From the IMG/VR virus record IMGVR_UViG_3300045988_135688: DNA of 64,000 nt; one strand, 5' to 3'. This DNA is from a virus. The position numbers were made by a program, and so were the translations under genes. Every line of letters starts with the position of its first letter. The stretch's first letter is position 1. Below the pieces are notes generated by a model. It saw only the letters and a list, made by a program, of their open reading frames with translations. It did no database searches and was not told where the DNA came from. Shown piece by piece: positions 1 to 9,312 of this stretch.

Positions 1-672
1 GTTGTTTGGGCTATCACCTCCAGTCTTTCTGCTCTCTATGTGATGCACATTCAAGACTTTATCTTTACTCTTACCCTTACAATGTTGGCAAATATGATTA
101 TCTCTAAATAACACATATTCACGCACATTGAAGAAATCAAGCTGTTCTCCTTGTTGGTATTCACTGCCAGATATACTTGGATTATTAATCTTTTGTATAT
201 CAAAAGCAGCCGTTTCAACTACGATATTAGTTATCGGTAGGAACTTATGTATCTTCTCAACAATAGTCAAATGAGTTTGGATTTTGTTTTCAATAGATGG
301 TGCTATCCAACCTTTACGCTTGGAAGATACCCTATTATTGAAACGAGCCTTGCGATAACGAAGCCTACTCCTACGGGTTCTTCTTAATTCCCTACGAGTA
401 GATAGCTTATCCACAATATCGTTTCTCAATTCCACATCTGCTGCATACAATTCCTTCTCACTTGTTGTTGCTGAAATGCCGATATGCTTGCTACCAGCAT
501 CTACACCCAAACTTACGGGCTGTGTATAATCTGTTGTGTCATAATCCAATTGAATTGTGAACGGAATACGGCACACAACATGGGCTAGACTGTTTTTTAA
601 CAGCCTTCTCACCTTACCAAACCTTTCGGTTGGCATAAGTGCTTGTCCTTGTTTGTTAATTACGTAAACCAT
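1..672 (-). CDS. iscB: IscB-type RNA-guided nuclease (OMEGA effector), N-terminal 224 codons; ORF runs off the left window edge
   Basis: Not in ORF track because truncated. Own translation from ATG 672..670: MVYVINKQGQALMPTERFGKVRRLLK (PLMP-type N-terminus), SLGVDAGSKHIGIS (RuvC-I Asp), RRELRRTRRSRLRYRKARF (Arg-rich bridge helix), CQHCKGKS...LNVHHIESRKTGGDSPNN (HNH). Frame stays open to base 1. Confidence 0.75.
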   Translation of the reverse strand, partial: MVYVINKQGQALMPTERFGKVRRLLKNSLAHVVCRIPFTIQLDYDTTDYTQPVSLGVDAGSKHIGISATTSEKELYAADVELRNDIVDKLSTRRELRRTRRSRLRYRKARFNNRVSSKRKGWIAPSIENKIQTHLTIVEKIHKFLPITNIVVETAAFDIQKINNPSISGSEYQQGEQLDFFNVREYVLFRDNHICQHCKGKSKDKVLNVHHIESRKTGGDSPNN

Positions 673-900
673 TTTTACTATAAGTCGGATTTATCCGTTA
701 AATGCTCATCGACAATGTTATAGAGAGGTTTTCCGTCAGTAACACTATTCCTACCCCACAGAATTGTTTAATCACTGACCTTAGAGCAAGGGGCTTGAGC
801 AAACACCCACTTGGTAACTATATATTCTCTCCTAACGCTTAGTCTAATCAACTTGGGCTTTTAGCCTAATGGGTAACTGACTTATGCTATAACCACTCCT
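673..900 (-). ncRNA. candidate IscB omega-RNA (HEARO-type) scaffold directly upstream of iscB; exact 5' end unknown
   Basis: 340 nt (673-1013) without a credible ORF sits immediately 5' of the iscB start, the canonical omega-RNA position. Local hairpins at 779-791 and 856-866. No covariance model was run. Confidence 0.35.
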
Positions 901-1013
901 ACTAGTTTTTCTATGAAAATAATTTAAAATCCAAGCAACAGTCTATAAGACAAATGTTGTTTTAAAATCTTCGATGGTAGCAAAATTACCACAAATATAA
1001 TAAATATTGTGAA

Positions 1014-1706
1014 TTAATTGTTTATTAGCTCTAAATAAAGTATAGAATTTACATCTTTCTCTATCTTTGACACAACACTTTCATCAAATTTATCCTCGTC
1101 AATGCTTTTTATGTAGTCAACCAAAGAATGAATCTTCCTGTTAGTGTAAATAATAGCAGAACGAACATCATCAATCATCACGCTGTTTGAAGCCTTATCC
1201 ATCTCCTTGTCTGCAAAAGTTCTCTCATGTATAGTTCCATCTTCCTCAATTTTGTATGAAGGAATTTTGAAGAACTCACATACATCAAAACGGCTCATAA
1301 GACTAACTGCACTCATCATGCTTGTAATATCATCATCAGAGCAATCCAAGACGATATCCCTATAATCTTCACACACCAAACAACTTTTAAAAGAAAAATA
1401 TGGAATATCATCTTCCGAATCAAAAGTCCATGTTTCTTTATACTCGTTTGTCTTTATTTCAACAAACCTAGAATGATCATAGCCAACAGACTTATATTCA
1501 TTGATAACATCAATCCATCCTGTAAGTTTAGACATTGTATCATTAATATATTTTCCATACAAAACAACATCATAATACAATGCAGGTAAAGCATTATCAC
1601 GGGAAGAGAAAGTTACAGGCTTAGAAATAGATTCCAAAACGGATAACTTACCCAACACAAAATTAAATATATCAGCTAAAGGATATTCACTCTTTATTCG
1701 TTTCAT
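1014..1706 (-). CDS. hypothetical protein (230 aa)
   Basis: Long ORF co-oriented with neighbours; no motif recognised. Confidence 0.6.
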   Translation of the reverse strand: MKRIKSEYPLADIFNFVLGKLSVLESISKPVTFSSRDNALPALYYDVVLYGKYINDTMSKLTGWIDVINEYKSVGYDHSRFVEIKTNEYKETWTFDSEDDIPYFSFKSCLVCEDYRDIVLDCSDDDITSMMSAVSLMSRFDVCEFFKIPSYKIEEDGTIHERTFADKEMDKASNSVMIDDVRSAIIYTNRKIHSLVDYIKSIDEDKFDESVVSKIEKDVNSILYLELINN

Positions 1707-1838
1707 TCTAAACTATAAATAAAATCGGATGGAGGAAAACCCGAAATATGGCAAAAAAGATAAACCTCCATCCGCAAACAAAAACAAGAATTTGATCAAT
1801 ACAGGCAAAAACCACACATTTCGGATAGCATTGCAATG

Positions 1839-2174
1839 CTAAAAGGGTAAATCATCCCGTCTTTCAGGCTGGACAGGTGCAGGTGATGGAGCTTGTGCTG
1901 GTTGCGGCATATCTATCTTAAAACACCCAACTTCATTGTAATATTTACCCTGGTATTCTCTTGCTCTGATTTCAAGATGGGCAGTAATAGTATCACCCTC
2001 TTTCAATTGAAGATCACACAGGGTGCCCATTACATAGAAATACACCTCTTTGGAATACATGGAACCAATTTCCTCAACGAGATAATTTCTCTTCTGCCAA
2101 GGATTACCTGCCTTACTTGTACCAGCCTGTAACTGACCTACTTTCTTTACTTTACAATTTAATACTAAATCCAT
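1839..2174 (-). CDS. small OB-fold SSB-like protein with acidic C-terminal tip DDLPF
   Basis: 111 aa with a Pro/Ala-rich linker followed by RRDDLPF at the C-terminus. This resembles the bacterial SSB tip motif (D-D-D-I/L-P-F). Confidence 0.55.
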   Translation of the reverse strand: MDLVLNCKVKKVGQLQAGTSKAGNPWQKRNYLVEEIGSMYSKEVYFYVMGTLCDLQLKEGDTITAHLEIRAREYQGKYYNEVGCFKIDMPQPAQAPSPAPVQPERRDDLPF

Positions 2175-2178
2175 TTTT

Positions 2179-2379
2179 TTATTTTTTATATTTCTCCTCT
2201 TTTATTTTGTCTAATTCTCTCATTGCAGACAGCCTTCTTTTGTGAGCGTCCACCCTTATCCAGAAAACCTTCCAGCTAACTTCCTTACCGTTAGTTGTGT
2301 TCTCTTTAAGTATCTTGCCACATTTAAAAATCTCGTTGACAAGATAATCATACCGTTCTTTATCATAGCAATATCTCAT
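2179..2379 (-). CDS. hypothetical protein (66 aa)
   Basis: ORF track; packed 4 nt downstream of the neighbouring gene. Confidence 0.5.
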   Translation of the reverse strand: MRYCYDKERYDYLVNEIFKCGKILKENTTNGKEVSWKVFWIRVDAHKRRLSAMRELDKIKEEKYKK

Positions 2380-2438
2380 GCGACAAAAGTAATATTAAAA
2401 AATAAACTAATACAGAAAACGATATTAAAAATAGTTAA

Positions 2439-3035
2439 TCAAATGGTTAATTCTTCCTCTTCCTCTTTCGACAATGCTTCCACGTCACCATCTTCACCTT
2501 TAGGAAAATACAGTTCGTCAAGATAATTGCTTGCTTCACTCTTTTCAGTAAAACTCTTTATAACACTTCCCCGTTTGCTAACGACACGGTAACTAATATT
2601 ATCCTCTGCTACAACTTTGTAACAATTTAAATCATCCACATCTACAACATCGGGAGCATTATCATCAATACGCATCATGCTCAATATATGAGAATACTCG
2701 TTCACCTTCACCGTACAGGAAAAAACATTAGGAACTGGTTCTATTATCAATCCGGCATTTATCAATGAATCAAAAACAGAACGCCTGGGCTTATATTTCA
2801 GTTGCCTCCTTATAAACTTCAACGTTATCATATTATCTCCCCTCTGTGCGGATAATACGCACAAACGTAATACCCGTAACGCATCAATACTACATAGAGG
2901 TGAAAGGTACTTGTACAACTGGACAGGAGTAAATTTATGGTAATAATCAAATACTCCCTCTTCCTCTATTTCCCTTACACGCCTTTCCCTTTCCTTGTTC
3001 CTTACCGTCAAATTAGTGGTTTTCCTTACCGACAT
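2439..3035 (-). CDS. hypothetical protein (198 aa), acidic C-terminus
   Basis: ORF track; co-oriented; the antisense ORF 2242-2526 looks spurious. Confidence 0.6.
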   Translation of the reverse strand: MSVRKTTNLTVRNKERERRVREIEEEGVFDYYHKFTPVQLYKYLSPLCSIDALRVLRLCVLSAQRGDNMITLKFIRRQLKYKPRRSVFDSLINAGLIIEPVPNVFSCTVKVNEYSHILSMMRIDDNAPDVVDVDDLNCYKVVAEDNISYRVVSKRGSVIKSFTEKSEASNYLDELYFPKGEDGDVEALSKEEEEELTI

Positions 3036-3038
3036 AGA

Positions 3039-3725
3039 CTACCCTTTCCATGTATCGTTTTCCTTTATCCATTTACGTTCATCATCACTAAGATCACCTG
3101 TTGATTCACGATGATATACACACTTGTTGCATAACCCTGCCTTGGCACGTACACACTTGTCGCAATCGTATGGGAAAAACGCTATGGTGGTCTTGTCATA
3201 GAAATCCTCACTAGCATCATCGTCAGAAAGCCATCCTTTGAACTTTGCAAGCATATCAAGCGCACCTTTCACATCCTTAAAATCAGCAGTGTCTATATCA
3301 GAACGCTTTAGGAAACTTTCTATAAGGCTTATCGCATCTTCAAATTCAAGGTTATCCTTGTTTATCAAAGTCTTTGTCTTTTCCTTATTCTCACCTTCCA
3401 ATACACGCCTCATGGATGGTGTCACATAATCGGAAGCAAGCATGGAAGATTTGGCATAATTGACAATCTGGGTTATCCTTGGAGAATTAACCCATTGCTT
3501 GGCTTTCATAAGCAAAGAACGCTCTGACATACCCTCGTCAACAACGTGTGTAGCTCTGTAAAACAAGACAGGATTGGTATCTATGACATAAGCGGACGCA
3601 GCCCATAACTCCATCTCATTCGCATCATCAATATGCTTTGCTATATCAATCTTCTTCTGTTTTTCATCGTCAATAAGAAGATTGTTACTAAGGGGAAGTT
3701 TACCCCATCCTTTATTCAAACCCAT
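3039..3725 (-). CDS. hypothetical protein (228 aa) with C-terminal Cys cluster (CDKCVRAKAGLCNKC)
   Basis: ORF track; abuts the stop of the upstream gene. Confidence 0.6.
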   Translation of the reverse strand: MGLNKGWGKLPLSNNLLIDDEKQKKIDIAKHIDDANEMELWAASAYVIDTNPVLFYRATHVVDEGMSERSLLMKAKQWVNSPRITQIVNYAKSSMLASDYVTPSMRRVLEGENKEKTKTLINKDNLEFEDAISLIESFLKRSDIDTADFKDVKGALDMLAKFKGWLSDDDASEDFYDKTTIAFFPYDCDKCVRAKAGLCNKCVYHRESTGDLSDDERKWIKENDTWKG

Positions 3726-4000
3726 TATCTTTCCTCCTTTATCCTAGACTTTATCTCCCTTACCCTCTCGTCAAGCTCAGAAGAATATTTAAAAAGATTG
3801 TATATGCTACTCCTGTCAATACATAGGAAATCAGAAATTTCAGATATACTTAAACCCATGTCACGCATGACACAGCACACAAGCGCACGGTTCATCACAA
3901 TATCATGCTTCCTGCTTTTCCTGTTAACATCAGTATCGGAGAGTCCGCTTGCCGCTAGAACTCTCCTAAAAACCAAAGCGTTATCAGCCTTTTTCCCCAT
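3725..4000 (-). CDS. DnaA C-terminal-domain-like helix-turn-helix protein
   Basis: The stretch SRKHDIVMNRALVCCVMRDMGLSISEISDFLCIDRSSIYN resembles the DnaA domain IV HTH pattern. Confidence 0.45.
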   Translation of the reverse strand: MGKKADNALVFRRVLAASGLSDTDVNRKSRKHDIVMNRALVCCVMRDMGLSISEISDFLCIDRSSIYNLFKYSSELDERVREIKSRIKEER

Positions 4001-4484
4001 TTTTCACATTCTCCTTGTCCACTATTAATTGCATTATATCAGCGTAGCCAGCCAAGTCAACCATATTGTCACGCTTTTTATGGAATCCCTGTCTGCATAG
4101 TTTTACAGCTATCTGTACAGCAACACAGTCATAAGGAGATAATTCCTTTCCCGTAATCAAAGAAGCCATCTTGGAAATGTTTTCAAAATTGGCTACAGCA
4201 TCACCATAGTCAGACTGTCTGCTGTTGCTACGGATATCCTTTGCTTCATCAAGGATGCTTCTCTCTTTAACATGATCAACATAAGCAATACAATCCGAGA
4301 AAAGAATATATTCTTTACCTTGGTCATCCGCACAAAGAAACTTTTCACCATTCTCAAAACAGTATTTAACAGTGACAAATTTTCCGAACACATTTGACTT
4401 GCTTACAGAATCTTCACCGTGAAGTGAAATGTATTTATCACGGTTTATAATTTTCACCCTGCTGTTCAACGTAACTCCAATCAT
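3984..4484 (-). CDS. hypothetical protein (166 aa)
   Basis: ORF track; its start overlaps the stop of the upstream small ORF (ATGA). Confidence 0.6.
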   Translation of the reverse strand: MIGVTLNSRVKIINRDKYISLHGEDSVSKSNVFGKFVTVKYCFENGEKFLCADDQGKEYILFSDCIAYVDHVKERSILDEAKDIRSNSRQSDYGDAVANFENISKMASLITGKELSPYDCVAVQIAVKLCRQGFHKKRDNMVDLAGYADIMQLIVDKENVKNGEKG

Positions 4485-4648
4485 AACAAATCACCTACCT
4501 TTATGTTATCCGCATCCTTCTTATCAGAAAAGAAGATACGGTCATACTTAGTTTCACCAAACTCAACAAACATGGCTAAGATAAAATACTTGTTCAATAC
4601 ACTATCATAACCCTTGTCGTAAATCTTGTTTATCTTTTTTGTTTTCAT
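4481..4648 (-). CDS. small hypothetical protein (55 aa), not in ORF track
   Basis: Own translation: MKTKKINKIYDKGYDSVLNKYFILAMFVEFGETKYDRIFFSDKKDADNIKVGDLL. ATGA start/stop overlaps on both sides (4645-4648 and 4481-4484) suggest translational coupling. Confidence 0.5.
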   Translation of the reverse strand: MKTKKINKIYDKGYDSVLNKYFILAMFVEFGETKYDRIFFSDKKDADNIKVGDLL

Positions 4649-5025
4649 CGTTTTTCACATTTAATGTCCATACTGTCACCTCCCATCATCATCTTCAACG
4701 TACATGTATTGGACATCAGTTCAACAATCTCGTATCTTACGTACTCATATCCATCAACATAACATGTAATGGTTTTACCAGAAATATCATAAGTACCGTA
4801 ACCATTCCCAAAATAGCCCCTTCCTACATAAGTACCATCCTGATTAAACTTAGCGTAAGTAGGTCTTATCATAGGATACCATCTACCATCCACTTTTACC
4901 TGAACAAGTTCCCATGTGCCGATAATAGCATCCTTGTATTCATCATCCTTATCATTGGAACAACTACACAACCCCAATAACACTATTGAAGAAATAGCTA
5001 AAAATAATAAAAACGTCTTTCTCAT
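4645..5025 (-). CDS. lipoprotein (signal peptide plus lipobox Cys)
   Basis: N-terminus MRKTFLLFLAISSIVLLGLCSCSNDKDD is a typical Bacteroidota lipoprotein signal. Confidence 0.7.
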   Translation of the reverse strand: MRKTFLLFLAISSIVLLGLCSCSNDKDDEYKDAIIGTWELVQVKVDGRWYPMIRPTYAKFNQDGTYVGRGYFGNGYGTYDISGKTITCYVDGYEYVRYEIVELMSNTCTLKMMMGGDSMDIKCEKR

Positions 5026-5480
5026 TTCTCTGCATTATTTGTGGAACCAAAACCTCCATCACCCCTATCCGTTGAATCAAGGCTTTCAACCTCAACAAAT
5101 TCAACCTCAATATAATTACTGAAAAGAAGCTGAGCAATTCGCTCCTTGGCAGCAATATAGAAAGGCTCTTTCTCAAAGCTCTTCACTATAACACCTATAC
5201 AACCTGTATAGTCACAATCAATAACACCATCCAACACATCAGCGTCATGATACTTCCCGTCAACGCCAATAATACCTTTCAGGGAAAATCCACTCCGCGG
5301 CTTGATAATAGCCTTCATATTTGAAGGCATCTGAATGGCTATACCAAGTTTAATCAGATTACGACCTTTTCTTATCAACGTGTTGTCAGGAACATACAAA
5401 TCATACCCGGCAGCACCATCAGTTTTTTTTTCGGGAAGAACTGCATCCCGTCTTAATTTTACGAATTTTACTTGATTCAT
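5022..5480 (-). CDS. dut: dUTP pyrophosphatase
   Basis: dUTPase motifs AAGYDL, KPRSG and GVIDCDYTG, with C-terminal RGDGGFGST. Confidence 0.85.
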   Translation of the reverse strand: MNQVKFVKLRRDAVLPEKKTDGAAGYDLYVPDNTLIRKGRNLIKLGIAIQMPSNMKAIIKPRSGFSLKGIIGVDGKYHDADVLDGVIDCDYTGCIGVIVKSFEKEPFYIAAKERIAQLLFSNYIEVEFVEVESLDSTDRGDGGFGSTNNAEK

Positions 5481-5944
5481 TTTTTTATTTTTCTCTTTAA
5501 ATCATACATAGCGCATTCCCTGCTTCTATAAATCTTGCTTGCAGGATAAATCACATCACTTACAATAACAAAGCCGACAACAGGATCTGTAATTGGAACT
5601 ACTTCACCATCAACAATGGTAAAATGATTCTCGGACAAAAGTCTTCTCATGGCAGCAATCTGTTCGAGAGTAGCCTTTGAGATATCATAGCCGTTTGAAA
5701 AGTTAAACTCTGAATTACATATAAGAGTATTCTTGTCCTCATACAAGAATATAGCTTTCAAACCACCATTATTGATAAAAACATAATCCTTGCCATTTCC
5801 TGTCCTGCTCTTAGCAAACAGGAAATCTCCTTTCTTGAAATCGTCAATCTTTACCAACTCGTAAGTACAATCATCAATCTTATTCAAGATATACCCATTA
5901 GGCAGTTTTATTACACTTGAATTAGTATTACCCATTTCTTTCAT
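5477..5944 (-). CDS. hypothetical protein (155 aa)
   Basis: ORF track; overlapping start/stop with neighbours. Confidence 0.6.
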   Translation of the reverse strand: MKEMGNTNSSVIKLPNGYILNKIDDCTYELVKIDDFKKGDFLFAKSRTGNGKDYVFINNGGLKAIFLYEDKNTLICNSEFNFSNGYDISKATLEQIAAMRRLLSENHFTIVDGEVVPITDPVVGFVIVSDVIYPASKIYRSRECAMYDLKRKIKK

Positions 5945-6143
5945 CCGTATTCAATCTGAATGCAGCCTCCCTAGCCTGATCCTTCGTTCTATACAACTCT
6001 ATTTTTTCAAACATACGACCATCATCACAGTCATACGTACACAAGGTGACAGCCCACATATTACCACGCGGAGAATAGAAATACCTGCCGTAATCCTTTC
6101 CCATCACCTTACCGTCAATTCTTATTTCTCCTTTGTTAGCCAT
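5928..6143 (-). CDS. hypothetical protein (71 aa)
   Basis: ORF track; operon context. Confidence 0.5.
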   Translation of the reverse strand: MANKGEIRIDGKVMGKDYGRYFYSPRGNMWAVTLCTYDCDDGRMFEKIELYRTKDQAREAAFRLNTDERNG

Positions 6144-6837
6144 GCTTATTCTTATAAATTTTCCTCATTTCATCTATTAAATTAGAAAAAGATTTTATAT
6201 ACCCCATATCTATAGCAAACGATAAAGATTTTTGCAAATCATCCAATTCTTTTAATTGTTCCTGAGTAGCTGTATTTCTTATCATTGTTTCATGGACACC
6301 AAAAACAATATAATTCAATCCTTTTGCTATGATACGGTAATCCACATCATCAAACTTAGATGCCGAACGACATAAATCATTATATCTATCACCAGCTTCA
6401 ATACGATTAATAATCAAATTATCTGTCAACCACATTATAACAGTAGCATATATTTCAGGGTTAAGTTCAAGAGCAATAAGAACCCAAATATAAGGATTAC
6501 AGGAAACATGTCTATTGTTACGAGCACCAAGAGTCTTATAAACACCATACTTCTTTAAAACCTTAACCAATGAACTTTTATTAACCTCATCAATAAAAGC
6601 AGTAAATCCTGTTTTTATAATTCCCTGTTTATTAAGGATATAATATATACGCTCAGAAGACGAATTGTTAGATAATATATTTTCAATCCTCTTCTCATTC
6701 CATCCTTTTTCAATTCTAGCCCTAGTATATGCCTCCTGCAAATCAGTTATAGATAAAAATTGATTTTTGGTATCTTGTCTAATAGTTACCCCAAATAATT
6801 TTCTGTCATTAGACACCATTGTAACGTTTGTTTTCAT
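6136..6837 (-). CDS. KilA-N-like DNA-binding domain protein
   Basis: FGVTIRQDTKNQFLSITDL...CNPYIWVLIALELNPEIYATVIMWL resembles the KilA-N pattern. Own -7 box upstream. Confidence 0.5.
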   Translation of the reverse strand: MKTNVTMVSNDRKLFGVTIRQDTKNQFLSITDLQEAYTRARIEKGWNEKRIENILSNNSSSERIYYILNKQGIIKTGFTAFIDEVNKSSLVKVLKKYGVYKTLGARNNRHVSCNPYIWVLIALELNPEIYATVIMWLTDNLIINRIEAGDRYNDLCRSASKFDDVDYRIIAKGLNYIVFGVHETMIRNTATQEQLKELDDLQKSLSFAIDMGYIKSFSNLIDEMRKIYKNKHG

Positions 6838-6859
6838 ATTAATATAATTTAATTTAGTG

Positions 6860-6867
6860 CAAATATA
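6860..6867 (-). promoter_or_regulatory. Bacteroidota-type -7 promoter box (TATATTTG on minus strand)
   Basis: Matches TAnnTTTG, 22 nt upstream of ATG 6837. Confidence 0.4.
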
Positions 6868-6906
6868 CTAAATAAAATTATATTATCAAATATTTCACTA
6901 TGATTC

Positions 6907-7449
6907 TTATTTCCTCACCCCAAACTTTTTCCTAAACTCATCAGCAGAACACGCTATTCGCTGACCAAGATGGTCTACATACAAAACAGCATCTTTAATC
7001 ATTCGGTCATTATCGGCAAGCATGTGGATAACACTGTCAACGACACACTCTTTACCACTACCTAATTCAACATACTTATTACCCATGACAATACAGTCTT
7101 TTTCCTTCAAAGGAACAATACGTTCAATCTTGCTTTCACGATATTTTTTCAGCTTTTCAAAGAACTCACGGTGCATGACACGCTCATTCTCATCCATCAC
7201 ATAGTAAAATTCACAGCAAATATCATTAACATCATTTACTGTAGTGAGTTCAATAATGTTTTCAGTAGCATTCTGCAATGCGTCAAAGAAATTCACATCA
7301 TGATCATCCAACACTTCTTCCATCATTCTGTCAATGGAAGCAATAACCGCGTTCTTAAAATCAATATCGTCACAACGAAATCCCAAAGAGATATAATTAC
7401 GCAAGGAAAGAAGGTTTTCCTTAAAATCAATTCCTAATTCAATATCCAT
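6907..7449 (-). CDS. hypothetical protein (180 aa)
   Basis: ORF track; antisense ORFs 7022-7204 and 7171-7437 look spurious. Confidence 0.6.
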   Translation of the reverse strand: MDIELGIDFKENLLSLRNYISLGFRCDDIDFKNAVIASIDRMMEEVLDDHDVNFFDALQNATENIIELTTVNDVNDICCEFYYVMDENERVMHREFFEKLKKYRESKIERIVPLKEKDCIVMGNKYVELGSGKECVVDSVIHMLADNDRMIKDAVLYVDHLGQRIACSADEFRKKFGVRK

Positions 7450-8411
7450 TCTCTAAATTGTTTAATGTTAATACTCTTCAAATTATTAATAACAGCATCT
7501 CCGATATCATCGTTATGCTTCAATCCAAAAGACAGGCTAGGGAACTCCCACCATCTCGCCACACGTCCTTTGTCACCCCACAAAGATATAGCTTTATTAT
7601 CAAAGTCGGGGAATAAAATAACATTTTTTGGCAATTTATTTCCAAGCTGGTTCATTCCGCCACAAGCTATCCATACAAAACCGTTACCGAAAGCCATAGA
7701 AGCTATTATGGCGGTTTTCTCCGATTCAACCATACAAGTTATCGCATCGCTACAATACTCCCCTAAAAACGGCTTAAAATAGCCGCGATAGGTAAATCCT
7801 TCGCCCGTAGTAAACTTCCTGAAAGCATGGGTTTCCTTCTTCCTGTGCCCGTTCACCTCATATCTTATCCTGTTGTCATGGCACACGTTACCATCCTTGT
7901 CGGAATACCAGAACACAGCGGATTCCTTTCCAAGACATCCTACCTTGTACCTTGAAAACACATCATTCACGGAATCAACACCGAAAACGCCTGAAAGGTA
8001 CTCGTACAGGTTATTACCCTTCCAATGCCCGGCATCGCTAAGCCTGTCAACATACTTCATATCAACAAACCTTGATTCCTGCCTTCCCGAATCATACTCC
8101 CTCTCGTAGAAATCCTTCAAACTCATCCTGCAACCGTCAGGACTTGACAGAATCCTAAAAGCATCAGAAGCACTGCTGCAACCGGGAAGATAAGACACGA
8201 GAAAATCAAATAGGTTGACAGAATCACCTCCCTGCTCGGTAACGGTGATACTGCCCGACTTGTTCATATAGAAAACCAGCTTATCCTTCCTGCTATGGCT
8301 CTCCAGATTTATCCGGGCAGGCAATGTCCACCGCTTACCCCTACGCCTTAAAGGAAGCCCAAGCACCGTGTCAAGATTGGCAAATATATACTCATAATCA
8401 ATACTAGCCAT
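7434..8411 (-). CDS. Toprim-like / primase-like protein
   Basis: CMVESEKTAIIAS (Toprim Glu) and ILFPDFDNKA (DxD) in the C-terminal half. Replication-module context. Confidence 0.45.
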   Translation of the reverse strand: MASIDYEYIFANLDTVLGLPLRRRGKRWTLPARINLESHSRKDKLVFYMNKSGSITVTEQGGDSVNLFDFLVSYLPGCSSASDAFRILSSPDGCRMSLKDFYEREYDSGRQESRFVDMKYVDRLSDAGHWKGNNLYEYLSGVFGVDSVNDVFSRYKVGCLGKESAVFWYSDKDGNVCHDNRIRYEVNGHRKKETHAFRKFTTGEGFTYRGYFKPFLGEYCSDAITCMVESEKTAIIASMAFGNGFVWIACGGMNQLGNKLPKNVILFPDFDNKAISLWGDKGRVARWWEFPSLSFGLKHNDDIGDAVINNLKSINIKQFREWILN

Positions 8412-8415
8412 GGCA

Positions 8416-8649
8416 TTACTTAAAATTACGCCATCCCTGTTTCAAATCCCTAAAGAAATCGCTAAACGTATAACGATAACCGTCAGGATATCCTAGAAAA
8501 TCAGAAAGGCATGAAACATATCCTCCAGGCTTACGTCCACTCGTCCATCGGTACACCATTTCGGCAGGAACCATAAACACAAGAAGAACAAATAAAATGT
8601 CAACGTATATGAGAAACATGACAAAACGAACAAAGCACCTCATAATCAT
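8416..8649 (-). CDS. small membrane protein (start moved to internal ATG)
   Basis: MIMRCFVRFVMFLIYVDILFVLLVFMV is a hydrophobic helix. ATG 8649..8647 overlaps the stop of the upstream ORF (ATGA). Confidence 0.45.
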   Translation of the reverse strand: MIMRCFVRFVMFLIYVDILFVLLVFMVPAEMVYRWTSGRKPGGYVSCLSDFLGYPDGYRYTFSDFFRDLKQGWRNFK

Positions 8650-9248
8650 TCCTCCACATCCCCTAAAAGAAGTTTCTTCGCATAACGCAACGCAAATTCC
8701 CAATTGTAATAAAACGTACCTAGCAAATCAAAGAACAGGCTATACACGGCATCCTTGTCACCATCGGGAACGGAATACATGATATCATCCATCATACGGA
8801 TATCATCACTGAATCTGGCATTCTTTGTAGTATAACGCCACAAACCGCCAACGGCAAGTATCTTGGCGTGTTCATAAACATGATAGTCAATGGAATATAC
8901 ATCACAAACGTAGTCATTAAACCAATCCTCATTGTTAAGCACACCACTAACAGGGCTTGCCGACAAAATCATATTAACAAACACACCAAAATGACAATAC
9001 TGCTCTATCTTACCCGAATTATTGTCAAACTCAACCTTGAAAGCATCCTTGCCGCCCTCATTAATACTGCAAACCATGTCACTTACGTAAAGCGTCTTTA
9101 ACCACTGGCTGAAATTATACCTTTTCAAACCAGTCCTGTTACGGGCTTCATTTATCGCACACTGGGCATCAGACACACATACATACCAATCAGAAGTAAC
9201 ACGAATACTTCTATCAAATAAAACAATCTCTTTATTATCCATACACAA
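8646..9248 (-). CDS. hypothetical protein (200 aa)
   Basis: ORF track; promoter boxes upstream. Confidence 0.6.
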   Translation of the reverse strand: MCMDNKEIVLFDRSIRVTSDWYVCVSDAQCAINEARNRTGLKRYNFSQWLKTLYVSDMVCSINEGGKDAFKVEFDNNSGKIEQYCHFGVFVNMILSASPVSGVLNNEDWFNDYVCDVYSIDYHVYEHAKILAVGGLWRYTTKNARFSDDIRMMDDIMYSVPDGDKDAVYSLFFDLLGTFYYNWEFALRYAKKLLLGDVEE

Positions 9249-9261
9249 TAAAATTTTTCAG

Positions 9262-9295
9262 CAAAAATACATATTAAAGTAATATGGCAAAAATA
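9262..9295 (-). promoter_or_regulatory. two TATTTTTG -7 boxes (minus strand) upstream of 8646..9248
   Basis: Plus-strand CAAAAATA at 9262-9269 and 9288-9295 reads as TAnnTTTG on the minus strand. Confidence 0.35.
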
Positions 9296-9312
9296 ATAAC
9301 AGTTAAACAATA

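Noticed and set aside
1719-1842. 10-bp perfect inverted repeat CGGATGGAGG...CCTCCATCCG (about 1719-1767) and the 14-bp palindrome AGCATTGCAATGCT (about 1828-1841) downstream of the SSB-like gene
   Set aside because: These are most simply an intergenic terminator or processing hairpin between two co-oriented genes, and nothing further distinguishes them. The pairing was checked directly from the sequence, and the coordinates are approximate by eye.
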